A stretch of 32,000 bases of DNA from Saccharolobus solfataricus (lineage in GTDB: Archaea > Thermoproteota > Thermoprotei_A > Sulfolobales > Sulfolobaceae): the NCBI RefSeq assembly GCF_900079115.1, contig NZ_LT549890.1, positions 1,800,001 to 1,832,000 of the forward strand. The letters are read 5' to 3'. Position numbers and translations under genes: made by a program. Positions 8,774 to 17,931 of this stretch are shown in pieces (position 1 is the first letter of the stretch; each line of letters starts with the position of its first letter). Below the pieces are notes generated by a model that made no database searches, was not told where the DNA came from, and worked only from the letters and a program-made list of their open reading frames with translations.

Positions 8774-9971
8774 GGTTGATTATAAAACTTACTCAGCACT
8801 TAAGGAGGTCGAGAAGGAGTACAGAGAGGTTCTAGAGGAGGCAATAAATTATGGGCTGTCAAACAAAACTACCTCCTTCACCAGGATTAAAGCGGGAGTT
8901 TACAAGACTGAGAGGGAGAAGCATAAGGACTTACCCTCCCATTATATTTACACAGCTTGTGAGGATGCAAGCGAGAGATTAGACAGTTTTGAGAAGTTGA
9001 AGAGGAGAGGGAGGAGTTACACTGAGAAACCGTCAGTGAGGAGAGTTACTATTCACCTCGACGATCATCTGTGGAAGTTCAACCTTGATAGGATTTCAAT
9101 TTCCACAAAGAGGAGTAGGATTCTCATTTCACCAACCTTCCCTAAGATCTTCTGGAGATATTATAACAAGGGCTGGAGGATTGCGAGTGAGGCCAGGTTT
9201 AAATTGTTGAAGGGGAATGTTGTAGAGTTCTACGTCATTTTTAAGAGAGATGAGCCTAAACCTTATGAACCTAAGGGTTTCATCTCAGTTGATCTAAATG
9301 AGAATTCAGTCTCTGTATTAGTTGATGGAAAACCGATGCTTTTAGAGACTAACACTAAGAGGATTACTCTGGGCTATGAGTATAGGAGGAAGGCAATAAC
9401 TACTGGTAAGTCAACTAAGGATAGGGAAGTGAGGAGGAAGTTAAAGAGGCTGAGGGAGAGGAATAAGAAAGTAGACATTAGGAGGAAATTAGCTAAGCTG
9501 ATCGTTAAAGAGGCTTTTGAAAGTAGGAGTGTCATAGTTTTAGAGGACTTGCCAAGGAGAACTCCGGAGCATATGATAAAGGACGTGAAAGACTCTCAGC
9601 TTAGGTTGAGGATTTATAGAGCAGCATTTTCCTCAATGAAGAATGCTATTATTGAGAAGGCTAGGGAGTTTGGTGTCCCCGTGGTCTTAGTTAATCCGTC
9701 TCACACTTCCACTGTTTGCCCAGTTCATGGAACTAAGATCGTTTACCAACTCGATGGGGGCGATGCCCCAAGGGTTGGTGTTTGTGAGAAGGGGAAGGAA
9801 AAGTGGCATAGGGATGTAGTTGCACTGTACAACTTAGCGAGGAGAGCTGGAGATGTGAGCCCCGTGCCGTTGGGCTCGAAGGAGTCCCATGACCCACCTA
9901 AAAGGTGGTTGAGGGCTAAGTCCCTACACTCGATCATGAATGATCATAAAATGATTGAAATGAAAGTGTAG
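8745..9971 (+). CDS. tnpB: TnpB (OrfB) RuvC-like RNA-guided endonuclease
   Basis: 408 aa. Split RuvC motifs are ISVDLNENS (D), VIVLEDL (E) and HRDVVALYNLARR (D). A zinc-finger-like CPVHG...CEKG lies between them. The ORF overlaps the tnpA 3' end by 29 nt. Confidence 0.9.
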   Translation: MERTVKLRVKVDYKTYSALKEVEKEYREVLEEAINYGLSNKTTSFTRIKAGVYKTEREKHKDLPSHYIYTACEDASERLDSFEKLKRRGRSYTEKPSVRRVTIHLDDHLWKFNLDRISISTKRSRILISPTFPKIFWRYYNKGWRIASEARFKLLKGNVVEFYVIFKRDEPKPYEPKGFISVDLNENSVSVLVDGKPMLLETNTKRITLGYEYRRKAITTGKSTKDREVRRKLKRLRERNKKVDIRRKLAKLIVKEAFESRSVIVLEDLPRRTPEHMIKDVKDSQLRLRIYRAAFSSMKNAIIEKAREFGVPVVLVNPSHTSTVCPVHGTKIVYQLDGGDAPRVGVCEKGKEKWHRDVVALYNLARRAGDVSPVPLGSKESHDPPKRWLRAKSLHSIMNDHKMIEMKV

Positions 9972-10030
9972 GGACAAACGGGTTATTGTTCGTGTTTAGG
10001 AGTAATTATTTTAACTTATACTAGAATGAA

Positions 10031-10559
10031 GTGGTTGTGGAGAAGGATCTTTATAGGGTTGGAGAGGATTACGTGGAGGCTAGGATAATTGAAAGCTTAT
10101 CTGACCTTCTCCTATCTCTTACTCTATGGAAGGAAGGATATACTAGGAACTCTGCGGAGAAAGCTTTTAGTGCGGTAAAAGCGTTATTAAGCGCTCTCAT
10201 AGTAACTAATGAAGAGAAGTTAATTAATTTAGCTAAAGATGGAAAGGAAATGGATTAAAAAGAAGGCCCACATAGTGCCTACACACGCCATGTACGGTTT
10301 AGCACAAGTACTAAAGGATATAGGAATTGACGTTATAAGCCTTGTGAACTATGCTCTAAATCTTCACGATTATCATTATAATGGTTTTGAACCTGGCTTT
10401 AGTAGATATAGTAAAAAAGAGGAAGTATTTAGGGATTTAATTACGTTAGTAAAGGAGACTAGGAAAGTGATAGACATTTATTACTCTAAGTACGAAGTTA
10501 AGGAAATATTGGGAAAGATTAACGAGCTAATAAAGGAATTAACAGAAGGTAATAAATAA
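10031..10559 (+). pseudogene. PaREP1-like (HEPN-like helical) gene split by a frameshift into 75-aa and 106-aa ORFs
   Basis: ORF 10031-10258 (...NSAEKAFSAVKALLSALIV...) and ORF 10239-10559 (...KKAHIVPTHAMYGL...LHDYHYNGFEPG...) overlap by 20 nt in different frames. Together they resemble one PaREP1-type protein. Confidence 0.5.
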
Positions 10560-10825
10560 GAGAGTTCAGCCTTGAAACAGTTGCTCTGATCGCTTTATTA
10601 CCCCTCCTAGCCATTAAGGAAATTTAGAAGAACTCATATTTAAATATAAGGGGGCTATACATTCCCGCTGGCGAGGCTTTTTGCACCTTAACGCCCAATT
10701 TTTGTAATTTTGAATAAATCTCAAATAAATGAAATTATTGACCATACTCTAGATTAATATATCTGAATTTTTTTTCCTTTCTAAGTATTAAGAATCTTAT
10801 ACGTTTTATAATATATCTTTTCATT

Positions 10826-12088
10826 TTAAGTTCTATACCATTGTTCTAGCTTTTTGAGATCTATAAACTCAGCCTCTTCATTAGTTTTTGAAAAGCTTTT
10901 TGCAAATATTATGTATTTTTTAACGTCTAGTCCTAAATCTTCAACTTTTCTTTTTAATTCGTAAAGTACTTTCTCCCCATTTATTCCTTCACTCCACTTA
11001 CATTCACCAGCTATTCCATCTCCATATATATCTATTTCCACATCCTTAAACCAGAGCCTTTCTACCTTAACCTTATATACGTCCTCCACGTACTCTCTAG
11101 CTATTTTCTCAAAAATTCTCCCTAAGTATACGTTATACTCGTCCTCTTTTATCTCATAAATTCCTTCCTCTATTAAGCTTAAGTTTGGATAAATGAATGT
11201 GAACCAGAACAGTGTAAAATTATCCTTAATATAATACCTAGCACCCTTCTTCATCTTATAGGGGAACTCCTTTCCTATTATTCCTATTTTCTCAAGTTTA
11301 TTTAAATATGAAGAAACGTCTCCACTTATTCTAACAAAGTCCTTTATTTCCCCTAACGTATTTTTGCCAGAAGAAATTGCGTGCAATATTTCCTTATACG
11401 TACCAATCTCAGAAAACTCGTATCTTAACATAAAGTCTATCTCATCTTTTATAAAAGAGTCAACTTCTTTTAATTCTGCATTGATCCACTTTAAGAATGG
11501 AGTTTTAGCCTTTGTGAGGTAAAAAGGCACTCCACCGGCAAAACCGTAAACGTGTATCGCATCAATTAGAGAGAAATTAAATCCTTTCAGATCTTTAAAT
11601 TTGAGCTCTTTTAATTCGATAGACGCAGTCCTCCTACCGTAAAGAGGGCTTTTATAGGATATTGCGTCTTCCATCATGGAAATGGAAGAGCCAAGTAAAA
11701 TTAGCTTAGTTTTACTACCTTTTAGAGTCTCATCAACAATTTTTTGGAAGGTTGATAATATGCTCTCATCCTCTTTTATCATATACGGAAATTCATCTAT
11801 TATGATAATCTTATCTCTCAAATAGTGAAAAATTGCCTCCCAATCTTCCTTTACGTATTTTATGTCTTCGTATTTACTTTCCGTCAATTCCTTGAATTTT
11901 CTTAAATTGTTTTTTTCTGTAGCTAAATAATATATGAAATCATAACCATTAACAGCGTTTATGATGAGGAAAGTCTTTCCTATTCTTCTCCTTCCGTAAA
12001 TTATTATAAGCTCTAAATCATTTGATGAAAGCCTTTTCTTCAAGGCTTGTAACTCTCTTTCTCTATTTACCATATTCATAAATATCAT
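10826..12088 (-). CDS. Archaeal ATPase (Arch_ATPase P-loop) fused to a DUF234 PD-(D/E)xK nuclease-like C-terminal domain
   Basis: N-terminal MVNRERELQAL. Walker A is YGRRRIGKT and Walker B-like is IIIIDEF. The C-terminal VEIDIYGD..x4..GECKW fits a D...ExK nuclease motif. The true start is probably Met at 12073. Confidence 0.8.
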   Translation of the reverse strand: MIFMNMVNRERELQALKKRLSSNDLELIIIYGRRRIGKTFLIINAVNGYDFIYYLATEKNNLRKFKELTESKYEDIKYVKEDWEAIFHYLRDKIIIIDEFPYMIKEDESILSTFQKIVDETLKGSKTKLILLGSSISMMEDAISYKSPLYGRRTASIELKELKFKDLKGFNFSLIDAIHVYGFAGGVPFYLTKAKTPFLKWINAELKEVDSFIKDEIDFMLRYEFSEIGTYKEILHAISSGKNTLGEIKDFVRISGDVSSYLNKLEKIGIIGKEFPYKMKKGARYYIKDNFTLFWFTFIYPNLSLIEEGIYEIKEDEYNVYLGRIFEKIAREYVEDVYKVKVERLWFKDVEIDIYGDGIAGECKWSEGINGEKVLYELKRKVEDLGLDVKKYIIFAKSFSKTNEEAEFIDLKKLEQWYRT

Positions 12089-12312
12089 ATTCTAAAATAT
12101 GATATTTAAAATTATGCTTAACGTCTAAGAATAGTAAATGAACAGTAGTTCACGGAAATTTCCTTACCATAAAAAATTATAATATTCGCTCATGAGGGGT
12201 CATTCATGCATCCTTTGCGAATTCAGTTTATTTAAAGAATCGTAATGAATTTAATCAAATACCACCCCACTGACTAGGTGGAGATCCACGCTCAGCAGTT
12301 TACTTTGTTATA

Positions 12313-13463
12313 GTCTTTTTCATAATAGCTGCAACGGGGGCTAAAAGGGAGTTAAATCTAGTGTTAGTAATGGAAGCTGTTGGGCTGAGTGTGCTAAGGA
12401 CCTTAAAAAGGGAGATAAGGAAGCTAATTAGCAAGAAGCCCAAGAACCTAAACGAGACAAAAGCTAGGGCAATACTACTACACTTGGAAGGAATGAAAAT
12501 TAGCGAAATAGCTAAAATACTACAAGTTCACAAAAGCACAGTATATAGATGGATCAACGAATTCGAAAAGGAGGGAGAAAAATGCCTATTCTACAAGCAA
12601 AGAAAAGGAAGAAAAAAGAAGGTAAACGAGAGGGAAATAAAGGTAGAAGAAATACAAGGAAAAACCATATGGGAAGCAAAAACATAGAGGAGAAGTTCAA
12701 CGTGAAGATAAGCTACAGCTTGGAGAATAGCGAGAAAAAGACTGAAAATACCCTACATAAAACCCTACAAGATCAACAAGAAGAGACCAATAGATGCTGA
12801 CTTAGGGAGAGGTTGAAGGGCGTTATTAAGAAGGGCGTAAAAGTGTTTTTCATGGACGAGTCTGGTATTAGTCATGATCCGTCTAGGGTTTGTATGTTGT
12901 TAGGGCTGATTATCCAAGTGTTAATATTCTAGCTTGTATTCCCTTGTTTGATGGTAAGCCTTGTTTTATGCTCATAATGTTGATTTTAGGGTTTTCGCTG
13001 ATTTTCTTTACTTGCTTAGGGTTAGGAATTCTGGTAATGTCGTGTTGATTCTTGATAATGCTAGCTTTCACAAGTCTTCTTATGTTCTCGCTACTGCTTC
13101 TAGGCTTAACATTAATTTGCTCTTCTTGCCTCCCTATTCCTTGGATTTGAATCGTATTGAGTTTGGAAGGATTTGAAGCGTTGGGTTAATACTTATTATA
13201 ACTTGGATTATGTTCTGGAGTTTATTGAGGATGAATTCTATTATTTGGTTTTTCAAGGTAATTACACTGGTTATTGGATTAACAAGTTTCACGATGTGCT
13301 TGAGGACCCTGAGGAAGATAGAAGTGGGGAGAAATTTTCTTCTATTTTGTTTATTATCTATTATCAAGTTTAATTTCACAATAATATAAGCTTTTCCCAA
13401 TGTTTTTCTATATTTTGTTTTAAGAAAAGTATAAGCTCGTTGCATCTATTATGAAAAAGAACT
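12313..13463 (+). mobile_element. Degenerate IS630/Tc1-mariner-family insertion sequence (about 1.15 kb) with terminal inverted repeats
   Basis: ctttttcataatagctgcaacg (12315-12336) matches the reverse complement of cgttgcatctattatgaaaaag (13438-13459) at 21 of 22 positions. The interior encodes HTH and DDE transposase pieces in three frames. Confidence 0.75.
12361..13373 (+). pseudogene. IS630-family transposase, multiply frameshifted
   Basis: HTH part EIAKILQVHKSTVYRWINEFEKEG (12361-12687). Then, in other frames, FFMDESGISHDPS and LILDNASFHKS...LLFLPPYSLDLNRIE (DDE region, 12961-13176), plus a C-terminal piece at 13173-13373. Confidence 0.75.
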
Positions 13464-13469
13464 CTGGTA

Positions 13470-13880
13470 CTATAACTCAGAAACAGATATCTTAACAATT
13501 TTTTCTATGAGATCCCTCTTTTTCAATATGTCCTTATCGAAAGTGATAAAAGATTTCGCATTAAGTAATAGAGCTGAAGATATCTGAAGAACATCTAGTG
13601 TCTTTAGTTGCAATTTAGTGGAGAGCTCTAATGACTTTCTAAATAGCCTGTTCATATCTAGTTCGACAACCTTAACGTTACTGACTTTAAGTGCGTATTT
13701 TGTTGAGGCTTCTGCCAGAATTTCGTCCTTTAACTTTCTTGAGAAAAAGGAATACAGTTCTAGTACTGTAACCTCTGATGTCATTAGATCGTTAATTTCC
13801 CTAATTTTTAAGGCCTTGTTATAGTTCACATCTTGTTCCACAAAAGAAATTATGACGTTAGTATCAACAAATATGCTCAT
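13470..13880 (-). CDS. vapC: PIN-domain toxin VapC
   Basis: 136 aa. N-terminal FVDTNVII and C-terminal TLDVLQISSAL acidic motifs. 4-nt overlap with the upstream antitoxin. Confidence 0.85.
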   Translation of the reverse strand: MSIFVDTNVIISFVEQDVNYNKALKIREINDLMTSEVTVLELYSFFSRKLKDEILAEASTKYALKVSNVKVVELDMNRLFRKSLELSTKLQLKTLDVLQISSALLLNAKSFITFDKDILKKRDLIEKIVKISVSEL

Positions 13881-14122
13881 ACTCTTTCTTCCCTTAAATC
13901 TGAAGTGTCTAAACCCTTATACGGGAAACCGTCCTTAAGCCACTTATTTATCAGTTCCTCAACTTTCTCCTCTTTGTTTATCCATTTCTCGATCTCATTT
14001 CTACCATACTCTATTAGCAAGTTTACGGCCTCGTTTTTGGTTTTAGCAATGCCTAAACTTATCATCTTTTCTATTAATTCTGAAATACGCTTGTCCACTT
14101 TAATCGTTATTACTACTGACAT
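13877..14122 (-). CDS. vapB: Ribbon-helix-helix antitoxin VapB
   Basis: MSVVITIKVDKRISELIEKMISLGIAKTKNEAVNLLIEYG is an RHH fold signature. The C-terminal tail is DLREERV. Confidence 0.8.
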   Translation of the reverse strand: MSVVITIKVDKRISELIEKMISLGIAKTKNEAVNLLIEYGRNEIEKWINKEEKVEELINKWLKDGFPYKGLDTSDLREERV

Positions 14123-14262
14123 ATAATATATTATATAGGTATACCAATATAAGTTTTTGTCTAACTAGCTACTTTGTTGATATCTTCAATTTATTTCATA
14201 AGTATGATACAACGTAAGGAGAATTTTTCAGTAATTAATATTTATTTCAACGTTATTATCAA

Positions 14263-15235
14263 ACTCATACCCCTCTACCCGGTAGCCCCAGCCTCTCTCT
14301 CACTCTTAAGCGAATAACCGTAAGCTACAATCAAGTTACTACCTAAGTCACTTTCAACTGAGAAAGACCTTTTGCTCAAGGTCGATAAAGTATTTCCATG
14401 GGAAACGTTTAGGGGTAAACTTGAGTCACCTTACTCCAAGAAACCCAAGTGGGACGTTATATTACTCCTCAAAGTCCTATTAATCAAGTTCGTCTACGAA
14501 ATCTCTTGGTTAGAGGGAGAAATTAGGGATAGCAAAATGTTTATGAAATTCTTAGGTGGGAAAGTCCACCAAAAAAGCATTCTTCTTCTACAAGAAACAG
14601 TTGTTGATGAGGGGGAGAGAATGTGGACAACTCTAATGACTCAACAAGGCCTTAGACAAGGTGATTAACGAGTATAGGGAGAAGGGTTTCGAACTTGGGG
14701 TAGGAAGAGAAAAAACGACAAATTCGAGAACTATTACATAATTGATACATTCTTCCGCGAGGGAAAGAGGAGTTTTCAAACCGGTCTAGAGAAGATCTCA
14801 CTTGACCTTGATGAGATGAAATTTAACGACGATTTTCTCCTCATGAGTTATAGTGTTTCTAAGCTCAAGTACTTTACAAGCTTTAGTATAAGGGTGGTTG
14901 GGGTAGGAAGCATGGTAAGTCATACTTTGGTTTTAAGGTTTGTTGAAAGGAGGACTAATTTTGTTTAAGGTTGGGTTGGCTAATTTGAGTGATTTGGCCT
15001 TTTCCTTTGATGGTTTTAAGCTCTTGGCTGATAGGGCTTCTAGGAAGAACATCTTGGTTAAGGGCGTTAGTTCTGCTAGGCTTCCGGTTGAGGGATCAAG
15101 ATTAGGGAAGGTAAGGCTTCAACAACGACTTTGAAGGGTGCTGTGATAGAGGTCTTCTTCCTCAACCTCTATCGCAATCTTGAAGTACTCTTAACGAGGA
15201 TTGGGACAAGGGTAGGGTTAATTAACAAATTTCGC
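14263..15235 (+). mobile_element. Degenerate IS5-family element (copy A), transposase broken into several frames
   Basis: ORF 14372-14668 encodes an InsH/DUF772-like N-terminus (FPWETFRGKLE...KPKWDVILLLKVLLIKFVYEISWLEGEIRDSKMFMKFLGG). About 800 bp is near-identical to 29145-29945. Ends are approximate. Confidence 0.6.
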
Positions 15236-15538
15236 TTACTAGTTTTAGTTGTGAGTATAACAAATTTTATTGGAAAATTATACAATTATTTGTATAATAC
15301 TTGTTAATATATATTATATAATCTTTTCTAGTTGAATATAATGAATAATTTTATAGCAAGAAATATTATATTCAAGATAATTTTTCAATTTTGCTCAAGC
15401 TTGATAACGTCACGTGAAAAAAATCGTAAAAAGCAACTAACGGTTGAAATAAAGAAGAACTGAGAAGTTAAACTCAATAGACAAGAATGTCGAATTTTTG
15501 TGAAAATCTTTATTAATGTCTACGGCTAATAGACACGT

Positions 15539-15763
15539 ATGTCTACAGTGATAAGCGTGAGGATAAAGAAGGAGATAAAGGAGGAATTAGAAAAACATGG
15601 AGTAGACATTGATCAAGAGGTAAGAAAATTTTTAGAGGAACTTTACCTAAAGGTTAAGGCTAAAGAATACATAAATAAATGGATTGAAGACCTTAAGGAC
15701 GTTAAACCTAGTGAGGAAGGGTTCTCATCAAATTCCGTGAGGGAAGATCGTGAGAGTCATTGA
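15539..15763 (+). CDS. vapB: Ribbon-helix-helix antitoxin VapB
   Basis: MSTVISVRIKKEIKEELEKHGVDIDQEVRKFLEE. The C-terminal tail is SVREDRESH. Paralogue of 7230-7490. Confidence 0.8.
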   Translation: MSTVISVRIKKEIKEELEKHGVDIDQEVRKFLEELYLKVKAKEYINKWIEDLKDVKPSEEGFSSNSVREDRESH

Positions 15764-16145
15764 CTCTTCTTCTTTAGTAAAATTTTTCTCTAAAGAGAAG
15801 GGTTGGGAAAAGGTTGTGGAAATTATATCTGAAGGAGTGATGACCTTGGACTTATCGATTAAGGAAGTTGCTAACTCCTTGTGGAAAAAGATCCTTTTAG
15901 GCGAAATGAAAGAGGACGTCGTAATTAAAATACTTTCTGACTTATTAAAAAGAGAGGCTCTATTGATTGTAAGCCAAGATGAATACTTGATTGAGGCATT
16001 TAAGATCGCTAATAGGAATAAAATAACTGTTTATGACTCCTTGTTCATCGCATTAGCTAAGTCGAATAACCTTGAGTTAGTAACGTCTGATAAAAAGCAG
16101 TACGAAGTTGCGATAAAAGAAGGAGTTAATACGCGATTAATATAA
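15750..16145 (+). CDS. vapC: PIN-domain toxin VapC
   Basis: GTG start overlapping vapB by 14 nt. Carries the VIDSSSLV and VYDSLFIALA motifs. 131 aa. Confidence 0.85.
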   Translation: MRVIDSSSLVKFFSKEKGWEKVVEIISEGVMTLDLSIKEVANSLWKKILLGEMKEDVVIKILSDLLKREALLIVSQDEYLIEAFKIANRNKITVYDSLFIALAKSNNLELVTSDKKQYEVAIKEGVNTRLI

Positions 16146-16247
16146 GGACTAAAAAAGGCAGTCCTTTTCCACTTACTTAGCTTGTTTAAGTTGAAATTAT
16201 CGAGCACTTTATTTATGTCAATTTACCTCTTGTAGGCGAAATTATTA

Positions 16248-16442
16248 CTAAGTCTTTAATGTTAAATTTCTCCTTAACTTTAGGCCACGCTTTAAATACT
16301 CCTCACCCTCAGCCATATACTTCTCAGCCAATTCAATTCTTAACTTAATGCTCTCTTTAGGGTCAATGCGGGACAAAGCTGAAAGTATTAACTCCTCGAC
16401 GTCAATGCCTTTTTCCTCAGTCCTCTTTATTAACTCCTCCAT
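16248..16442 (-). pseudogene. Truncated PaREP1-like N-terminal fragment
   Basis: 64 aa ending ...IKLRIELAEKYMAEGEEYLKRG, which resembles the first helix pair of PaREP1 proteins. No continuation downstream in any frame. Confidence 0.35.
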
Positions 16443-16949
16443 AAGTTAAACTCTCCCAAAGAGATTAAAAACTGCAGAATATCAAATTTACAGAAGAAGG
16501 GAGTTCAAAGAGGCGGAAAGTCCCCTTATACTTAAATACTTCTTTTGCTGAAATTCTCTTAGTAACCTCTTAGTAACATTAAAGATGCTCTTTCCCAACT
16601 CTATGGGACTGTTGAAGGGTAATTAGAATCTCTTCCTATGGGAACTACTAATCTTAGCCAAAACCTTCTTAATTGACATACTAATAACTACTCTCGTCTA
16701 AGAAGAATACCAGTTTTACTTTCAATTCTTTTTAAGAGTCTTCCAATTTTCCCTTTCAGCTTGAACGTTTGTTGGTCTAGGAGTATTATACAGTACTATC
16801 GAGGAAGTTGGTTAATTATTCTCCTCCCTCACATAATGGTTTTTACGCTGTTGGTGAGACAAGGGTTAGGTTGGTTAATAATGTACTTTATTGGCAAAAC
16901 GGGCGACAAGCCTCGCCCCTTCTAGGGGCAGGGTAAAAGTTTTTAAATT

Positions 16950-17463
16950 TTCAATTCGCTTTTTCCATCATATGTATACATATTTAATAAAAAATTAAAG
17001 AAAAATTATAATATTCCACACTTTTTATAATGAATTCCACGTTAGACTGAAAATTGCTATAATTTATTAAGATTAAATTAATAAAATTATTATTTATATT
17101 GAAAATTCATATAAGATATTTTATATTTACTAAAAGATTTTTATCATTTGTATTTTCTTATGCTAAAACTATCCCTTTAAAATCCAGTAAAAATACGATT
17201 ATTAAGAATAGACGAAAATCTTGTAAATGATTACATTTCTCTTAAAGAAAATATAGGGAAAGAGTTCCCCCGTATACAATCGTTGTTTTCCTTATTCGCT
17301 AATTCGTTTTGGGCTAGGTTGTTATCCTAAATTCATTATCTTTATGAAGAATTCGTTAAAATCCCGGGAAAACCCGGGAATAGTAAAAAAGAGAACAAAA
17401 ATAATAATAATACTAATGAAAGAAGGGAGAAGAAAAGATAAAATAGAGGGTTTAAAATCCTAA
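16950..17463 (+). promoter_or_regulatory. Putative CRISPR leader (very AT-rich, non-coding)
   Basis: About 500 bp without ORFs directly 5' of repeat 1, in the orientation where repeats end in ATTGAAAG (the 8-nt crRNA 5' handle after Cas6 cleavage). Confidence 0.4.
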
Positions 17464-17874
17464 GATAATCTACTATAGAATTGAAAGATACTGCAAGCGA
17501 ATTGGCGGAAAATTGGCAGCGACGTGGATAATCTACTATAGAATTGAAAGTTATCTAATTTTAATAATCAAGGAAATTCATTAACTCAAATAGATAATCT
17601 ACTATAGAATTGAAAGCCCATTCATCTCTTTCTTTGCAGCTTTGTTCTAACATTAGATAATCTACTATAGAATTGAAAGTGGTAAATAGCTCTGTTAGGC
17701 CCAGTTATTCCATATTCTGAGATAATCTACTATAGAATTGAAAGATTTTCTAATATATCTAATTCACTCTGCGTATCATTATGGATAAGATAATCTACTA
17801 TAGAATTGAAAGTTAGCCCAACAATTAACTAAAGATCCTGAAGCAGTCAAGATAATCTACTATAGAATTGAAAG
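17464..17874 (+). CRISPR. CRISPR array, 7 identical 24-nt repeats GATAATCTACTATAGAATTGAAAG and 6 spacers (38-44 nt)
   Basis: Repeats at 17464, 17527, 17593, 17656, 17721, 17789 and 17851, all 24/24 identical. Spacer lengths are 39, 42, 39, 41, 44 and 38 nt, and all spacers are unique. Confidence 0.97.
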
Positions 17875-17931
17875 AAATTTATCAAGTCGAAGATTGCACT
17901 AGAGTCAAAAGGTATCATTTCTTTCTTTCCT

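Larger units (their letters stand above)
8069..9975 (+). mobile_element. IS607-family insertion sequence (ISC1904/ISC1913-like), intact tnpA + tnpB; right boundary approximate
   Basis: The left boundary is defined by where homology with the second copy (reverse complement of 22330-22428) begins, at ggctgaatcc. It holds overlapping serine-recombinase and TnpB ORFs and is about 1.9 kb long. Confidence 0.8.

Noticed and set aside
12549-12800. 83-aa Lys/Arg-rich ORF inside the IS630 relic
   Set aside because: It is an alternative frame of the frameshifted transposase region. Its low-complexity basic sequence comes from an A/G-rich stretch.
13134-14126. ORFs 13134-13445 (-), 13618-13824 (+) and 13833-14126 (+)
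   Set aside because: The first lies inside the degenerate IS630 element, antisense to transposase remnants. The other two are antisense shadows of the vapC and vapB genes.
16902-16929. Two overlapping GC-rich hairpins (ggcga/tcgcc and gcccc/ggggc), considered as a terminator or small RNA at the start of the CRISPR leader
   Set aside because: The sequence cctcgccccttctagggg closely resembles the left-end region of the IS5-like element (ccgcccctttagcggg at about 28990). It follows a right-end-like motif at 16850-16885, so it is most simply IS end debris.
17488-17850. Self-targeting of CRISPR spacers against the IS elements or other DNA in this window
   Set aside because: Visual comparison found no match of any spacer elsewhere in the 32 kb. 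A proper search against the genome and viruses is still needed.
17875-17931. Possible seventh spacer plus degenerate terminal repeat after the last CRISPR repeat
   Set aside because: No recognisable repeat-like sequence, even a degenerate one, occurs 38-44 nt downstream of 17874.
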